From: Escherichia coli
GTDB taxonomy: Bacteria > Pseudomonadota > Gammaproteobacteria > Enterobacterales > Enterobacteriaceae
Strand: one strand, 5' to 3'
Assembly (NCBI RefSeq): GCF_050920415.1
Contig: NZ_CP169309.1
Length of the DNA stretch: 64,000 nucleotides
Every line of letters starts with the position of its first letter. Position 1 is the stretch's first letter. The notes under the pieces were generated by a model. That model was not told the DNA's origin. It ran no database searches and was given only the letters and a program-made list of their open reading frames with translations. Positions 33,881-54,973 of the stretch are shown here, one piece after another. The translations under genes were made by a program, and so were the position numbers.

Positions 33881-35512
33881 TTAATACTCGTCCCGTCCTT
33901 CATCTTCATCCGGCTGTTCCAGCACACTGTAAGCCACCGAACAAAACAGCGAGTTCAGACGCTGCATATCTCCCAGTAAGCCTAAATGAAGCGAACTGGT
34001 TTCAATGCTCTGCACGTTTTGCTGATGCAGGCGATCGACGTGGGCGTGGGAATAGCGGCGATTAAGAATGCGAAAACGATGTTTGCTGCGGCGCAAACGA
34101 CGGGCGCTGGTAACATCGCCAGAGAAGAAAACCGACATTGCCAGTTTTAAATTACTGAGCAATTGCTCATAGAGCGCATCCAGTTCCTTCAAGCCATCAA
34201 GCGAAAATGCTCGCCTTGCAGCCAGCGATTTGTCGGCAATTTCACTCCCCATGCGCTCGACGATATCGGAGGCCTGTTCAAGGTTGAGCGACATTTCGAT
34301 GATCTCCGCCCAGCGGCGCGACTCTTCTTCTGCCAGTTCCTCTTTTGGCATTCGCGCCAGATACAGCTTAATGGCGGTATAGAGAACATTGATATCATCT
34401 GCCAACTTACGCAGCTCTTTCTCCTGCCGTGGCTCGCCGTGCATCACTTTATTCAACCCTTCCATCATCTGTTCCATGGCGTCGCCAATGCGCAGGGTTT
34501 CGCGGGCAGCGTTCGCCAGAGCAAGCGTGGGCGTATCTAGCGCGCTGACATCCAGATGTTTAGGCCGTAGCTGGGTATCCAGTTCCGGTTCATCGCGAAT
34601 AATCGTTTTGCAAAACCGTGCCATCGGGTCAACAAATGGCAGCATGACCAGGCAGCGTACAAGGTTGTAGAAGACGTGGAAATAGATCACCAGTTCCGCT
34701 TTTGGCAATGACAACTTCCCCATTGTCTCTGCCAGCAAATGAACAAACGGCAGGATAATCAGGCTACCCACCAGCTTAAACAGCAGACTACCCAGCGCGA
34801 CACGGCGGGCTGCGGCATTGGCGGCACTGTTGTTGAGCATCGCCAGCAGGCCGGAACCGAGGTTAGCACCAATCACCAGACAGAGCGCCACCGGGAAGGA
34901 GATAATGCCTGCGGCGGTCAGAGTCGCGGTCAGCAGTACAGCAGCAAGGCTGGAGTAGCTGATAATGGCGAACATCGCGCCAATCAGCGCATCCAGCAGA
35001 ATATCGCCGGTTAGCGAGGCAAAGATCACCTGAACGCCGTTTGCCTGGGTGATCGGCGTTACGGCCTGCACAATCAATTCCAGCGCCAGTAAAATCAGCC
35101 CAAGACCAATACCGACACGGCCTAGTTGCCCGGCGCGTGACTGTTTGCGGCCGAGGAAAAAAATCACGCCGATAAAAATAAGTAACGGTGACAGCCAGGA
35201 TAAGTCGAAGGTGAGAATACGCGCCATTAGCGCCGTCCCGACATCTGCACCCAGCACAATCACCAGCGCAGGCGCGAGAGCAACCAGATCCTGGGCGACA
35301 AACGAGGTCACCAGCATGGTGGTGGCATTACTGCTCTGCACCAGTGCTGTAACGCCGATCCCCGCGCAAAAGGCAAGCGGCTTCTTTTCGACGCTTCGGC
35401 TAAGAACAGTACGCAAACGCGCGCCGAAGACGCGCATTACGCCGGTTCGAACAATATGAGTCCCCCAGACCAGCAGGGCGACGGCAGAAAGCAGGTGAAG
35501 CAGCGTTAACAC
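33881..35512 (-). CDS. yjbB: Na+/phosphate cotransporter-family membrane protein YjbB (PhoU-like C-terminal domain), 543 aa
   Basis: 543-aa ORF with polytopic N-terminal half and soluble C-terminal half; position between pepE and metH. Confidence 0.88.
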   Translation of the reverse strand: MLTLLHLLSAVALLVWGTHIVRTGVMRVFGARLRTVLSRSVEKKPLAFCAGIGVTALVQSSNATTMLVTSFVAQDLVALAPALVIVLGADVGTALMARILTFDLSWLSPLLIFIGVIFFLGRKQSRAGQLGRVGIGLGLILLALELIVQAVTPITQANGVQVIFASLTGDILLDALIGAMFAIISYSSLAAVLLTATLTAAGIISFPVALCLVIGANLGSGLLAMLNNSAANAAARRVALGSLLFKLVGSLIILPFVHLLAETMGKLSLPKAELVIYFHVFYNLVRCLVMLPFVDPMARFCKTIIRDEPELDTQLRPKHLDVSALDTPTLALANAARETLRIGDAMEQMMEGLNKVMHGEPRQEKELRKLADDINVLYTAIKLYLARMPKEELAEEESRRWAEIIEMSLNLEQASDIVERMGSEIADKSLAARRAFSLDGLKELDALYEQLLSNLKLAMSVFFSGDVTSARRLRRSKHRFRILNRRYSHAHVDRLHQQNVQSIETSSLHLGLLGDMQRLNSLFCSVAYSVLEQPDEDEGRDEY

Positions 35513-35663
35513 GAGTTCAGGTTCTCCTTATCGTTATATGTTCCTGAAGCAATTGAATGACCAAAGGACCGGAAACACGCTGACTGGCATCTTTACTGTG
35601 CCTTTTGACCTTCGTTTTTCCGGCTAAGATTATTCCAGCCTGATTCCAGTATAAGTGTTTCAT

Positions 35664-35699
35664 ATTAATAAAGAGACAGGGCACTCATTGAGCGCCCTG
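35664..35699 (-). terminator. Putative rho-independent terminator of metH
   Basis: cagggc-actcattga-gcgccctg hairpin followed on the minus strand by ucucuuuauu. Confidence 0.5.
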
Positions 35700-35731
35700 T
35701 TTGTTGTAAGGAAAAGTGACAGATTTGTGAA

Positions 35732-39415
<3,684 letters not shown>

Positions 39416-39614
39416 ACTTGCTCCCGACACGCTCAACCCAGATTTAATAAAAATTCAACAAACCATACTGGCATAAACGCATCTGTGGTAAAAGCGAGCA
39501 CCACGCAACATGAGATTTGTTCAACATTAACTCATCGGATCAGTTCAGCAACTATTGCATTAGCTAACAATAAAAATGAAAATGATTTCCACGATACAGA
39601 AAAAGGAGACTGTC

Positions 39615-40439
39615 ATGGTCGCACCCATTCCCGCGAAACGCGGCAGAAAACCCGCCGTTGCCACCGCACCAGCGACTGGGCAGGTTCAGTCTTTAACGCG
39701 TGGTCTGAAATTACTGGAGTGGATTGCCGAATCCAATGGCAGTGTGGCACTCACGGAACTGGCGCAACAAGCCGGGTTACCCAATTCCACAACCCACCGC
39801 CTGCTAACCACGATGCAACAGCAGGGTTTCGTGCGTCAAGTCGGCGAACTGGGACACTGGGCAATCGGCGCACATGCCTTTATGGTCGGCAGCAGCTTTC
39901 TCCAGAGCCGTAATTTGTTAGCCATTGTTCACCCTATCCTGCGCAATCTAATGGAAGAGTCTGGCGAAACGGTAAATATGGCGGTGCTTGATCAAAGCGA
40001 TCACGAAGCGATTATTATCGACCAGGTACAGTGTACGCACCTGATGCGTATGTCCGCCCCTATTGGCGGTAAATTACCGATGCACGCTTCCGGTGCGGGT
40101 AAAGCCTTTTTAGCCCAGTTAAGTGAAGAGCAGGTGACGAAGTTACTGCATCGCAAAGGGTTACATGCCTATACCCACGCAACACTGGTGTCTCCTGTAC
40201 ATTTAAAAGAAGATCTCGCCCAAACGCGAAAACGGGGTTATTCATTTGACGATGAGGAACATGCGCTGGGGCTGCGTTGCCTCGCAGCGTGTATTTTCGA
40301 CGAGCACCGCGAACCATTTGCGGCAATTTCGATTTCCGGACCGATTTCACGTATTACCGATGATCGCGTAACCGAGTTTGGTGCGATGGTGATTAAAGCT
40401 GCGAAGGAAGTGACGCTGGCCTACAGCGGGATGCGGTGA
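39615..40439 (+). CDS. iclR: Glyoxylate-shunt repressor IclR, 274 aa
   Basis: Internal Met MVAPIPAKRGRKPAVATAPATGQVQSLTRGLKLLEWIAESNGSVALTELAQQAGLPNSTTHRLL... Confidence 0.95.
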   Translation: MVAPIPAKRGRKPAVATAPATGQVQSLTRGLKLLEWIAESNGSVALTELAQQAGLPNSTTHRLLTTMQQQGFVRQVGELGHWAIGAHAFMVGSSFLQSRNLLAIVHPILRNLMEESGETVNMAVLDQSDHEAIIIDQVQCTHLMRMSAPIGGKLPMHASGAGKAFLAQLSEEQVTKLLHRKGLHAYTHATLVSPVHLKEDLAQTRKRGYSFDDEEHALGLRCLAACIFDEHREPFAAISISGPISRITDDRVTEFGAMVIKAAKEVTLAYSGMR

Positions 40440-40455
40440 CATTTTCGCCTCTGAT

Positions 40456-42180
<1,725 letters not shown>

Positions 42181-42204
42181 TTATTGCCCTCATCAGGAGC
42201 AGTG

Positions 42205-42382
42205 AATTGCCGGATAAGACGCGCAAATCGTCGCATCAGGCGTTGATTGCCGGATGCGGCGTGAACGTCTTATCCAGCCTACGGTCAGCAACGGTTGTAG
42301 GCCTAATAAGACGCGCAAGCGTCGCATCAGGCATCGTGCACCGATTGCCGGATGCGGCGTGAACGCGTTATCCGGCCTACAA
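42205..42382. repeat. Large REP/BIME cluster (aceA-aceK intergenic)
   Basis: At least four REP units (ttgccggataagacgcg..cgcatcaggc, ttgccggatgcggcgtgaacg.cttatcc.gcctac, tgtaggcctaataagacgcg..) in alternating orientation. Confidence 0.9.
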
Positions 42383-42403
42383 TCAGCAACGTGTATCAGT
42401 TGC

Positions 42404-43708
42404 TTAGAACTGCGATTCTTCGGTGGAGCCGGTCAGCGCGGTGACTGAAGACGTGCCGCCCTGAATAATGGTCGTCACTTTATCGAAATAACCTGTACCC
42501 ACTTCCTGCTGGTGAGATACGAAGGTGTAGCCATCTTTCGCGGCGGCAAATTCCGGTTGCTGCACTTTTTCAACATAGTGCTTCATACCTTCGCCCTGGG
42601 CATAGGCGTTTGCCAGGTCGAACATGTTAAACCACATGCTGTGGATGCCTGCCAGGGTGATGAACTGGAACTTGTAGCCCATATCCGACAGCTGCTGCTG
42701 GAAGCTGGCAATAGTTTTGTCGTCGAGATTTTTCTGCCAGTTGAAGGACGGCGAGCAGTTATAAGCCAGCAGTTTGCCTGGATATTTCGCGTGGATAGCT
42801 TGTGCAAAGCGACGCGCCAGTTCCAGATCCGGCGTAGAGGTTTCACACCAAACCAGGTCAGCATATGGCGCATACGCCAGGCCACGGCTGATTGCTTGCT
42901 CAATGCCTGCATGAGTACGGAAGAAGCCTTCGTTGGTGCGCTCGCCGGTAATAAATTCGCTGTCATACGGGTCGCAATCGGAGGTGATCAAATCCGCCGC
43001 ATCAGCATCGGTACGTGCAACCAGCAGGGTTGGAACGCCCGTAACGTCGGCAGCCAGACGCGCCGCAACCAGTTTCTGGATTGCTTCCTGAGTTGGCACC
43101 AGTACTTTACCGCCCATATGACCGCATTTCTTCACTGATGCCAGCTGATCTTCGAAGTGAACTGCCGCTGCACCGGCTTCAATCATCGCTTTCATCAGTT
43201 CAAAGGCATTCAGGACACCGCCAAAACCGGCTTCCGCATCGGCAACGATCGGCAGGAAGTAATCGACATAGCGCGGATCGCCCGGCTCAATGCCCGCGGA
43301 CCATTGGATCTGATCCGCACGGCGGAAGGTGTTGTTGATCCGCTCCACCACAGCTGGCACCGAGTTTGCCGGATAGAGCGACTGATCCGGATACATGCTG
43401 GCCGCCAGGTTAGCGTCCGCCGCTACCTGCCATCCCGACAGATAGACTGCTTCAATACCCGCTTTCGCCTGTTGCAGCGCCTGACCGCCAGTCAGTGCAC
43501 CGAGGCTGTTGATGTAGCCTTTTTTCGACTCGCCATGCAGCAGACGCCACATTTTCGCCGCGCCCAGTTGCGCCAGCGTGCATTCAGGATTGACTGAACC
43601 GCGTAATTTCACCACATCTTCCGCGCTGTATGGGCGAGTAATGCCTTCCCAACGCGGTTGAGTCCACTCTTTCTGTAATTCTTCAATTTGTTGTGTACGG
43701 GTTTTCAT
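42404..43708 (-). CDS. aceA: Isocitrate lyase AceA, 434 aa
   Basis: Internal Met [54 protein letters not shown]...; catalytic KKCGH motif. Confidence 0.97.
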   Translation of the reverse strand: MKTRTQQIEELQKEWTQPRWEGITRPYSAEDVVKLRGSVNPECTLAQLGAAKMWRLLHGESKKGYINSLGALTGGQALQQAKAGIEAVYLSGWQVAADANLAASMYPDQSLYPANSVPAVVERINNTFRRADQIQWSAGIEPGDPRYVDYFLPIVADAEAGFGGVLNAFELMKAMIEAGAAAVHFEDQLASVKKCGHMGGKVLVPTQEAIQKLVAARLAADVTGVPTLLVARTDADAADLITSDCDPYDSEFITGERTNEGFFRTHAGIEQAISRGLAYAPYADLVWCETSTPDLELARRFAQAIHAKYPGKLLAYNCSPSFNWQKNLDDKTIASFQQQLSDMGYKFQFITLAGIHSMWFNMFDLANAYAQGEGMKHYVEKVQQPEFAAAKDGYTFVSHQQEVGTGYFDKVTTIIQGGTSSVTALTGSTEESQF

Positions 43709-43737
43709 GTGCAGATGCTCCATAGTTATGTGGTGGT

Positions 43738-45339
43738 TTACGCTAACAGGCGGTAGCCTGGCAGGGTCAGGAAATCAATTAACTCATCGGAAGTGGTGAT
43801 CTGTTCCATCAAGCGTGCGGCATCGTCAAAACGCCCCTGGGAGAAACGTTCTTCGCCCAGTTCGCTGGCAATGACTTTCATCTCTTCGCCCAGCATCTGG
43901 CGGAACAAGGCTTTGGTCACCGGTTTGCCATTACTCAACGTTTTTTGGTGATGGATCCACTGCCAGATGGAGGTACGGGAAATTTCAGCCGTCGCCGCAT
44001 CTTCCATCAGGCCATAAATCGGCACGCAGCCGTTGCCGGAGATCCATGCTTCGATGTACTGCACAGCCACGCGAATGTTGGCGCGCATACCTTCTTCGGT
44101 GCGTTCACCATCACAAGGTGCCAGCAGCTGATCGGCAGTAATCGGCGCGTCTTGTTCGCGCATCACTTCAAGCTGATTTTTACGGGAGCCGAGAATGTCG
44201 TTGAATACCGCCATTGCCGTATCCGCAAGGCCCGGGTGGGCAATCCATGTGCCATCGTGACCGTTATTGGCTTCCAGCGATTTATCCGCTTTTACTTTGT
44301 TGAGCACCTGGTTATTGCGCTCTTCATCTTTGCTCGGAATAAACGCTGCCATGCCGCCCATCGCAAATGCGCCGCGTTTATGGCAGGTTTTGATTAACAG
44401 GCGTGAATAGGCATTAAGGAACGGTTTATCCATCGTCACAGCCTGTCTGTCTGGCAGGACGCGATCGGGATAGTTTTTCAACGTTTTGATATAGCTGAAG
44501 ATGTAATCCCAACGACCGCAGTTCAGACCAACAATATGGTCACGCAGCGCGTGAAGGATTTCATCCATCTGGAACACGGCGGGCAGCGTTTCAATCAGCA
44601 ACGTCGCCTTGATGGTGCCGCGCGCCAGATTAAAGCGATCTTCTGCATAGCTGAAGACTTCGCTCCACCAGGCCGCTTCCTGCCAGGACTGGGTTTTTGG
44701 CAGATAGAAATAGGGGCCACTGCCTTTTGCCAGTAAGGCCTGGTAGTTGTGAAAGAAGTAGAGCGCAAAATCAAACAGGCTGCCAGGGATTGCCTCACCA
44801 CGCCAGGTGACATGTTTTTCCGGCAAGTGCAGACCGCGTACCCGACAAATCAACACCGCTGGATTGGGCTTGAGCTGGTAAATTTTGCCTGCTTCATTGG
44901 TGTAACTGATGGTGCCATTAACTGCATCGCGCAGGTTAATTTGCCCATCGATCACTTTGTTCCAGTCCGGGGCCAGTGAATCCTCAAAATCGGCCATAAA
45001 GACTTTCACATTGGCGTTGAGCGCGTTGATCACCATCTTGCGCTCTACGGGTCCGGTAATCTCTACCCGACGATCTTCTAAGTCCGCAGGAATACCACGA
45101 ATTTTCCAGTCAACATCACGAATGGAAGCTGTTTCCGAAATAAAATCAGGCAATGTTCCGTTATCGATATCCTGCTGCTGCTGAATGCGCGCTGCCAGAA
45201 GTTTATTGCGTTGTGGCGTAAAATGCGTCACCAGCTCAGTCAGAAACTCTACCGCTTCGGCAGTAAGAATTTGCTTCTCCTGCTCGCCATACGGCCTTGT
45301 GAAAACCAGTTCATCGGTTGTTGTTGCCTGTTCAGTCAT
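43738..45339 (-). CDS. aceB: Malate synthase A AceB, 533 aa
   Basis: Internal Met [40 protein letters not shown]... Confidence 0.97.
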   Translation of the reverse strand: MTEQATTTDELVFTRPYGEQEKQILTAEAVEFLTELVTHFTPQRNKLLAARIQQQQDIDNGTLPDFISETASIRDVDWKIRGIPADLEDRRVEITGPVERKMVINALNANVKVFMADFEDSLAPDWNKVIDGQINLRDAVNGTISYTNEAGKIYQLKPNPAVLICRVRGLHLPEKHVTWRGEAIPGSLFDFALYFFHNYQALLAKGSGPYFYLPKTQSWQEAAWWSEVFSYAEDRFNLARGTIKATLLIETLPAVFQMDEILHALRDHIVGLNCGRWDYIFSYIKTLKNYPDRVLPDRQAVTMDKPFLNAYSRLLIKTCHKRGAFAMGGMAAFIPSKDEERNNQVLNKVKADKSLEANNGHDGTWIAHPGLADTAMAVFNDILGSRKNQLEVMREQDAPITADQLLAPCDGERTEEGMRANIRVAVQYIEAWISGNGCVPIYGLMEDAATAEISRTSIWQWIHHQKTLSNGKPVTKALFRQMLGEEMKVIASELGEERFSQGRFDDAARLMEQITTSDELIDFLTLPGYRLLA

Positions 45340-45424
45340 CGTGCTGCTCCTCGTCATGGATCCGAAAACTTCCCCACTGTGAACGAAGGATCGTTGTGCG
45401 CTTTTCGTTCAGCACAACTAAGAC

Positions 45425-45464
45425 TACTCATTTAAAATGCAAAATCAAAAACAATTTCCATTTT
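45425..45464 (-). promoter_or_regulatory. aceBAK promoter region with putative IclR operator
   Basis: Reverse complement reads AAATGGAAATTGTTTTTGATTTTGCATTTTAAATGAGTAG, an AT-rich partially palindromic TGGAAAT-containing site resembling the IclR box, about 80 bp upstream of aceB. Confidence 0.5.
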
Positions 45465-45539
45465 AATTAAAAATACTTAATAACTTATTGATAACAATAT
45501 AAATAAAATTTGTTCACCTACTAAGGTGCGTTTCGGAAA

Positions 45540-45564
45540 TAAAAAAGGCACCCGAAGGTGCCTG
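45540..45564 (-). terminator. Rho-independent terminator of metA
   Basis: aggcacc-cgaa-ggtgcct hairpin with U-run on the minus strand (A-run 45541-45546 on plus). Confidence 0.75.
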
Positions 45565-45607
45565 AGGTAAGGTGCTGAATCGCTTAACGATCGACTATCA
45601 CAGATGA

Positions 45608-46537
45608 TTAATCCAGCGTTGGATTCATGTGCCGTAGATCGTATGGCGTGATCTGGTAGACGTAATAGTTGAGCCAGTTGGTAAACAGCAAATTACCGTG
45701 ACTACGCCAGCTCGCTCGCGGTGTATTTTGCGGATCATTATGCGGGAAATAGTTATACGGTACATCCGGGTCTAGTCCGGCTTCCACATCGCGGAAAAAT
45801 TCCTGCGCCAGCGTTTGCGCATCATATTCGGGATGGCCCGTCACAAAGGCAATGCGCTTATCTTTGCTGGCAAACAGATAGGCATCCCCTTCTTCTGTCT
45901 CCGCCAGAATTTCCAGATCGGTGTAATCACGAATCAGCGCTGCCGGAAAGTCAGCATAGCGCGAATGCGGTGCCAGGAATGAATCATCAAAGCCACGCGT
46001 CAGAAGCGCATGAGGATGGAGAATATGATGCTCGTAAACGCCAGATAGTTTGTCGGTGCGGGTTTGCTTAGGAATGCCGTAGAGGATATTGAGCGCGGCC
46101 TGGACCGCCCAACAGACAAACAGCGTCGAGGTGACGTGATCTTTCGACCACTCCAGCACCTGTTTGATCTGCGGCCAGTAAGCGACATCATTAAACTCCA
46201 CCAGGCCCAGCGGCGCGCCGGTAACTATCAGACCGTCAAAGTTTTGTTCCTGAATATCTTCAAAGTTACAGTAGAAGTTATTCAGATGCTCTGCGGGCGT
46301 GTTGCGCGATTCACGGGAATCGATGCGCAACAGCTGAATATCGACCTGCAAAGGTGAGTTTGAAAGCAGGCGCAGAAACTGATTTTCAGTTTCGATCTTC
46401 TTCGGCATCAGGTTAAGGATAAGCACCTTTAGCGGACGAATTTCCTGACCAGACGCGCGAGAAGTTGTCATCACAAAGACGTTTTCTTCACGCAAGAAAT
46501 TGACGGCGGGTAGCTCGTCCGGCACACGAATCGGCAT
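45608..46537 (-). CDS. metA: Homoserine O-succinyltransferase MetA, 309 aa
   Basis: [58 protein letters not shown]... Confidence 0.97.
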
Positions 46538-46693
46538 AACCTGATTACCTCACTACATACGCTTATACGTTTAGACATCCAGATAGCTGAAGATAACCAG
46601 AAAATTTGCCAATGTCGAGCCTGCATGTTGAAGGTGAGAAAGTTTCAAGGAAAAGGCTACGTTAGAATATAAGAATGACGAAAAGGAGAGAAA

Positions 46694-47137
46694 ATGGTTA
46701 TTAGTATTCGCCGCTCACGGCATGAGGAAGGGGAAGAACTGGTTGCGATTTGGTGCCGTTCTGTCGATGCCACTCACGATTTTTTATCAGCAGAGTATCG
46801 GGCCGAGCTGGAAGAGCTGGTACGTTCCTTCCTGCCGGAAGCGCCGTTGTGGGTCGCGGTTAATGAGCGGGATCGGCCGGTTGGGTTTATGTTGTTAAGT
46901 GGGCAGCATATGGATGCGCTGTTTATCGATCCTGATGTGCGCGGCTGCGGCGTGGGTCGGATGCTGGTGGAACATGCGCTCTCGATGGCACCGGAACTGA
47001 CAACCAATGTTAATGAGCAAAATGCCCGGGCGGTAGGGTTCTATAAGAAGTTGGGATTTAAGGTTACGGGACGCTCTGAGGTGGACGATTTGGGGAAACC
47101 GTATCCGTTGCTGAATCTGGCGTATGTGGAGGCGTAG
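46694..47137 (+). CDS. yjaB: GNAT-family N-acetyltransferase YjaB, 147 aa
   Basis: 147-aa ORF with GNAT motif A region (RGCGVGRMLVEHAL); between metA and yjaA. Confidence 0.88.
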   Translation: MVISIRRSRHEEGEELVAIWCRSVDATHDFLSAEYRAELEELVRSFLPEAPLWVAVNERDRPVGFMLLSGQHMDALFIDPDVRGCGVGRMLVEHALSMAPELTTNVNEQNARAVGFYKKLGFKVTGRSEVDDLGKPYPLLNLAYVEA

Positions 47138-47200
47138 GCATTTTTTTTCTCATCCCGGTGAGCTGAACTTCAGGTTTCGTACCCACCAATGGTGACATGA

Positions 47201-47584
47201 TTATTTCTGCTTAAGCATTGCCATGACCGCACTATCACTGAGCACCACTGATTGCGCATGGATGTGGAAATGGCGATATTTCATTAACGTTGCACCAGCG
47301 ACCACTTCATGAAGAATGCGTTCCTCAACCTGTGACAAACCGCCCTCATTCATTTCCAGCGCGCTCACAACAATATCCATACGTTTTGCTGGCAAAAAAG
47401 AGTACCAGGGTGAACGTGGGTGGAGTTGCAAAACAAGATCTTGCAGAACTTTTTCTGCAACAAAGAAATTGGCGATTAACAGGCGCTGGTTACTGAAGGC
47501 AGCCTCTCCTGACACTTCACGTTTGCTTTCAAGATCGCGAACAGTAATTTGATTACGACGAATTTGGATATACAGAACTGACAT
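47201..47584 (-). CDS. yjaA: Stress-response protein YjaA, 127 aa
   Basis: Internal Met MSVLYIQIRRNQITVRDLESKREVSGEAAFSNQRLLIANFFVAEKVLQDL...; located next to the 5S end of the rrn operon. Confidence 0.85.
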   Translation of the reverse strand: MSVLYIQIRRNQITVRDLESKREVSGEAAFSNQRLLIANFFVAEKVLQDLVLQLHPRSPWYSFLPAKRMDIVVSALEMNEGGLSQVEERILHEVVAGATLMKYRHFHIHAQSVVLSDSAVMAMLKQK

Positions 47585-47614
47585 GAGATTCCCTTCATCA
47601 TGCAAATAATTGAT

Positions 47615-47650
47615 ATGCAAAAAACCCCGGCCTTATGGACCGGGGTTTTT
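47615..47650 (-). terminator. Rho-independent terminator of the rRNA operon
   Basis: aaaaaccccggcc-ttat-ggaccggggttttt perfect hairpin flanked by A/T runs, immediately distal to the 5S rRNA. Confidence 0.85.
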
Positions 47651-47658
47651 CTAATTTG

Positions 47659-47778
47659 ATGCCTGGCAGTTCCCTACTCTCGCATGGGGAGACCCCACAC
47701 TACCATCGGCGCTACGGCGTTTCACTTCTGAGTTCGGCATGGGGTCAGGTGGGACCACCGCGCTAAGGCCGCCAGGCA
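47659..47778 (-). rRNA. rrfE: 5S ribosomal RNA
   Basis: Reverse complement matches the E. coli 5S rRNA essentially over its full length (TGCCTGGCGGC...GGGAACTGCCAGGCAT). Confidence 0.97.
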
Positions 47779-47871
47779 AATTCTGTTTCATCAGACCGCT
47801 TCTGCGTTCTGATTTAATCTGTATCAGGCTGAAAATCTTCTCTCAATCCGCCAAAACATCTTCGGCGTTGT

Positions 47872-50774
<2,903 letters not shown>

Positions 50775-50968
50775 TCACAACCCGAAAATGTTTCTTTCGA
50801 TTCATCATCGTGTTGCGAAAATTTGAGAGACTCACGAACAACTTTCGTTGTTCAGTGTTTCAATTTTCAGCTTGATCCAGATTTTTAAAGAGCAAATATC
50901 TTAAACATGACTCGTAAGTCATCTTTAACGATATCAAGGTCGGCGACTTTCACTCACAAACCAGCAAG

Positions 50969-51044
50969 TGGCGTCCCCTAGGGGATTCGAACCCCTGTTA
51001 CCGCCGTGAAAGGGCGGTGTCCTGGGCCTCTAGACGAAGGGGAC
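50969..51044 (-). tRNA. gltV: tRNA-Glu (UUC) in the 16S-23S spacer
   Basis: Reverse complement GTCCCCTTCGTCTAGAGGCCCAGGACACCGCCCTTTCACGGCGGTAACAGGGGTTCGAATCCCCTAGGGGACGCCA. Confidence 0.95.
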
Positions 51045-51215
51045 ACGAAAATTGCTTATCACGCGCTGCGTGATATTTTCGTGTAGGGTGAGCTTTCATT
51101 AACAGAAAGCGAACGGCCTTATTCTCTTCAGCCTCACTCCCAACGCGTAAACGCCTTGCTATTCACTTTTCATCAGACAATCTGTGTGAGCACTGCAAAG
51201 AACAGTTCTTTAAGG

Positions 51216-52756
<1,541 letters not shown>

Positions 52757-52940
52757 AAAAGTTTGATGCTCAAAGAATTAAACTTCGTAATAAATTACGT
52801 GTTCACTCTTGAGACTTGGTATTCATTTTTCGTCTTGCGACGTTAAGAATCCGTATCTTCGAGTGCCCACACAGATTGTCTGATAAATTGTTAAAGAGCA
52901 GTTGCGACGCGGCTTTCAGCTCACTGTCGCGAGGTGGCGT

Positions 52941-52969
52941 ATATTACGCTTTCCTCTTTCAGAGTCAAC
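52941..52969 (-). promoter_or_regulatory. rrn P2 promoter
   Basis: Reverse complement TTGACT-N17-TAATAT upstream of the 16S leader. Confidence 0.75.
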
Positions 52970-53050
52970 CCTGAATTTCAGGATTTTTCTCTTCAACCGA
53001 ACCGGCTGTTTGTGTGAAGTGATTCACATCCGCCGTGTCGATGGAGGCGC

Positions 53051-53100
53051 ATTATAGGGAGTTCTCCGCAGGCCGCAATAGAAAAATTGCAGAAAAATGA
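53051..53100 (-). promoter_or_regulatory. rrn P1 promoter with A/T-rich UP element
   Basis: Reverse complement ...TTTTTCTGCAATTTTTCTATTGCGGCCTGCGGAGAACTCCCTATAATGCGCCTCC: UP element, -35 TTGCGG, -10 TATAAT, GC-rich discriminator. Confidence 0.8.
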
Positions 53101-53249
53101 CTGACTGCTGCATTCCCCAGCAAAACCCCGCTTTATACCTTTTTACGCACAGAGTTATCCACAACCATCAATGTAATTTCTGTATTTTTCCCACGGTAAA
53201 CACTGTCAAAATTGTGATCACCATTGAAAGAGAAAAATTCGCGAGCGTT

Positions 53250-53265
53250 GCGCAAACGTTTTCGT
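53250..53265 (+). promoter_or_regulatory. PurR operator (pur box) of purHD
   Basis: GCGCAAACGTTTTCGT, close match to the pur-box consensus ACGCAAACGTTTTCNT, about 110 bp upstream of purH. Confidence 0.85.
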
Positions 53266-53372
53266 TACAATGCGGGCGAAAAATAAGGATGCCCCGTTAG
53301 GGGCGTTAGCTGAGTTTTTCGCGAAAAATTCAGCTAACGCTCTCTGTAATAGTCAAATCCAGGGGATTTACC

Positions 53373-54962
53373 ATGCAACAACGTCGTCCAGTCCGCCGCG
53401 CTCTGCTCAGTGTTTCTGACAAAGCCGGTATCGTCGAATTCGCCCAGGCACTTTCCGCACGCGGTGTGGAGCTGCTGTCTACAGGGGGCACTGCCCGTCT
53501 GTTAGCAGAAAAGGGTCTGCCGGTAACCGAAGTTTCCGATTACACCGGTTTCCCGGAGATGATGGATGGACGCGTGAAGACCCTGCATCCGAAAGTGCAT
53601 GGTGGCATTCTGGGCCGTCGCGGCCAGGACGATGCCGTTATGGAAGAACATCAGATCCAACCTATCGATATGGTGGTTGTTAACCTCTATCCGTTCGCCC
53701 AGACCGTGGCCCGTGAAGGTTGCTCTCTGGAAGATGCGGTTGAGAACATCGATATCGGTGGTCCAACGATGGTGCGCTCCGCCGCCAAGAACCATAAAGA
53801 TGTCGCAATCGTGGTGAAGAGCAGCGACTACGACGCCATTATTAAAGAGATGGATGCCAACGAAGGATCGCTGACGCTTGCAACCCGTTTCGATCTCGCT
53901 ATCAAAGCCTTTGAACATACCGCCGCCTACGACAGCATGATTGCCAACTACTTCGGCAGCATGGTTCCGGCTTATCACGGTGAAAGCAAAGAAGCCGCCG
54001 GTCGCTTCCCGCGTACGCTGAACCTGAACTTCATTAAGAAGCAGGATATGCGCTACGGCGAGAACAGCCACCAGCAGGCTGCCTTCTATATAGAAGAGAA
54101 TGTGAAAGAAGCCTCCGTTGCCACCGCAACCCAGGTTCAGGGTAAAGCCCTCTCTTATAACAACATCGCCGATACCGATGCGGCGCTGGAGTGCGTGAAA
54201 GAGTTCGCCGAGCCGGCATGTGTGATTGTGAAGCACGCCAACCCTTGCGGTGTGGCTATCGGCAATTCCATTCTTGATGCTTACGATCGCGCGTATAAAA
54301 CCGACCCCACCTCGGCGTTCGGCGGCATTATCGCCTTTAACCGCGAGCTGGATGCTGAAACCGCACAGGCCATCATTTCTCGTCAGTTTGTTGAAGTGAT
54401 TATTGCGCCGTCCGCCAGCGAAGAAGCGTTGAAAATCACCGCCGCTAAACAGAACGTACGTGTCCTGACATGTGGTCAGTGGGCCGAGCGTGTTCCAGGC
54501 CTTGATTTCAAACGCGTGAACGGCGGTCTGCTGGTTCAGGATCGTGACCTGGGGATGGTTGGTGCAGAAGAACTGCGCGTCGTCACCAAACGTCAGCCGA
54601 CCGAACAGGAGCTGCGTGATGCGCTATTCTGCTGGAAGGTGGCGAAGTTCGTGAAATCTAACGCCATTGTCTACGCCAAAAACAATATGACCATCGGTAT
54701 TGGCGCAGGCCAGATGAGCCGCGTGTACTCCGCGAAAATCGCCGGTATTAAAGCTGCCGATGAAGGCCTGGAAGTGAAAGGTTCGTCAATGGCTTCTGAC
54801 GCATTCTTCCCGTTCCGCGACGGTATTGATGCCGCGGCCGCTGCGGGCGTGACCTGCGTAATCCAGCCTGGCGGTTCTATCCGTGATGACGAAGTGATTG
54901 CCGCCGCCGACGAGCACGGTATTGCGATGCTCTTCACCGACATGCGCCACTTCCGCCATTAA
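53373..54962 (+). CDS. purH: Bifunctional AICAR transformylase / IMP cyclohydrolase PurH, 529 aa
   Basis: [80 protein letters not shown]... Confidence 0.98.
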   Translation: MQQRRPVRRALLSVSDKAGIVEFAQALSARGVELLSTGGTARLLAEKGLPVTEVSDYTGFPEMMDGRVKTLHPKVHGGILGRRGQDDAVMEEHQIQPIDMVVVNLYPFAQTVAREGCSLEDAVENIDIGGPTMVRSAAKNHKDVAIVVKSSDYDAIIKEMDANEGSLTLATRFDLAIKAFEHTAAYDSMIANYFGSMVPAYHGESKEAAGRFPRTLNLNFIKKQDMRYGENSHQQAAFYIEENVKEASVATATQVQGKALSYNNIADTDAALECVKEFAEPACVIVKHANPCGVAIGNSILDAYDRAYKTDPTSAFGGIIAFNRELDAETAQAIISRQFVEVIIAPSASEEALKITAAKQNVRVLTCGQWAERVPGLDFKRVNGGLLVQDRDLGMVGAEELRVVTKRQPTEQELRDALFCWKVAKFVKSNAIVYAKNNMTIGIGAGQMSRVYSAKIAGIKAADEGLEVKGSSMASDAFFPFRDGIDAAAAAGVTCVIQPGGSIRDDEVIAAADEHGIAMLFTDMRHFRH

Positions 54963-54973
54963 TGGAGCGACAG

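Noticed and set aside
47659-47778. Single-base difference from the 5S rRNA sequence I recall
   Set aside because: Most likely ordinary inter-copy or inter-strain 5S variation, or imperfect recall of the reference; not evidence of anything unusual.
53502-54236. 244-aa ORF on the minus strand inside purH
   Set aside because: Antisense shadow ORF within a highly conserved gene; His/Gly-rich nonsense composition.
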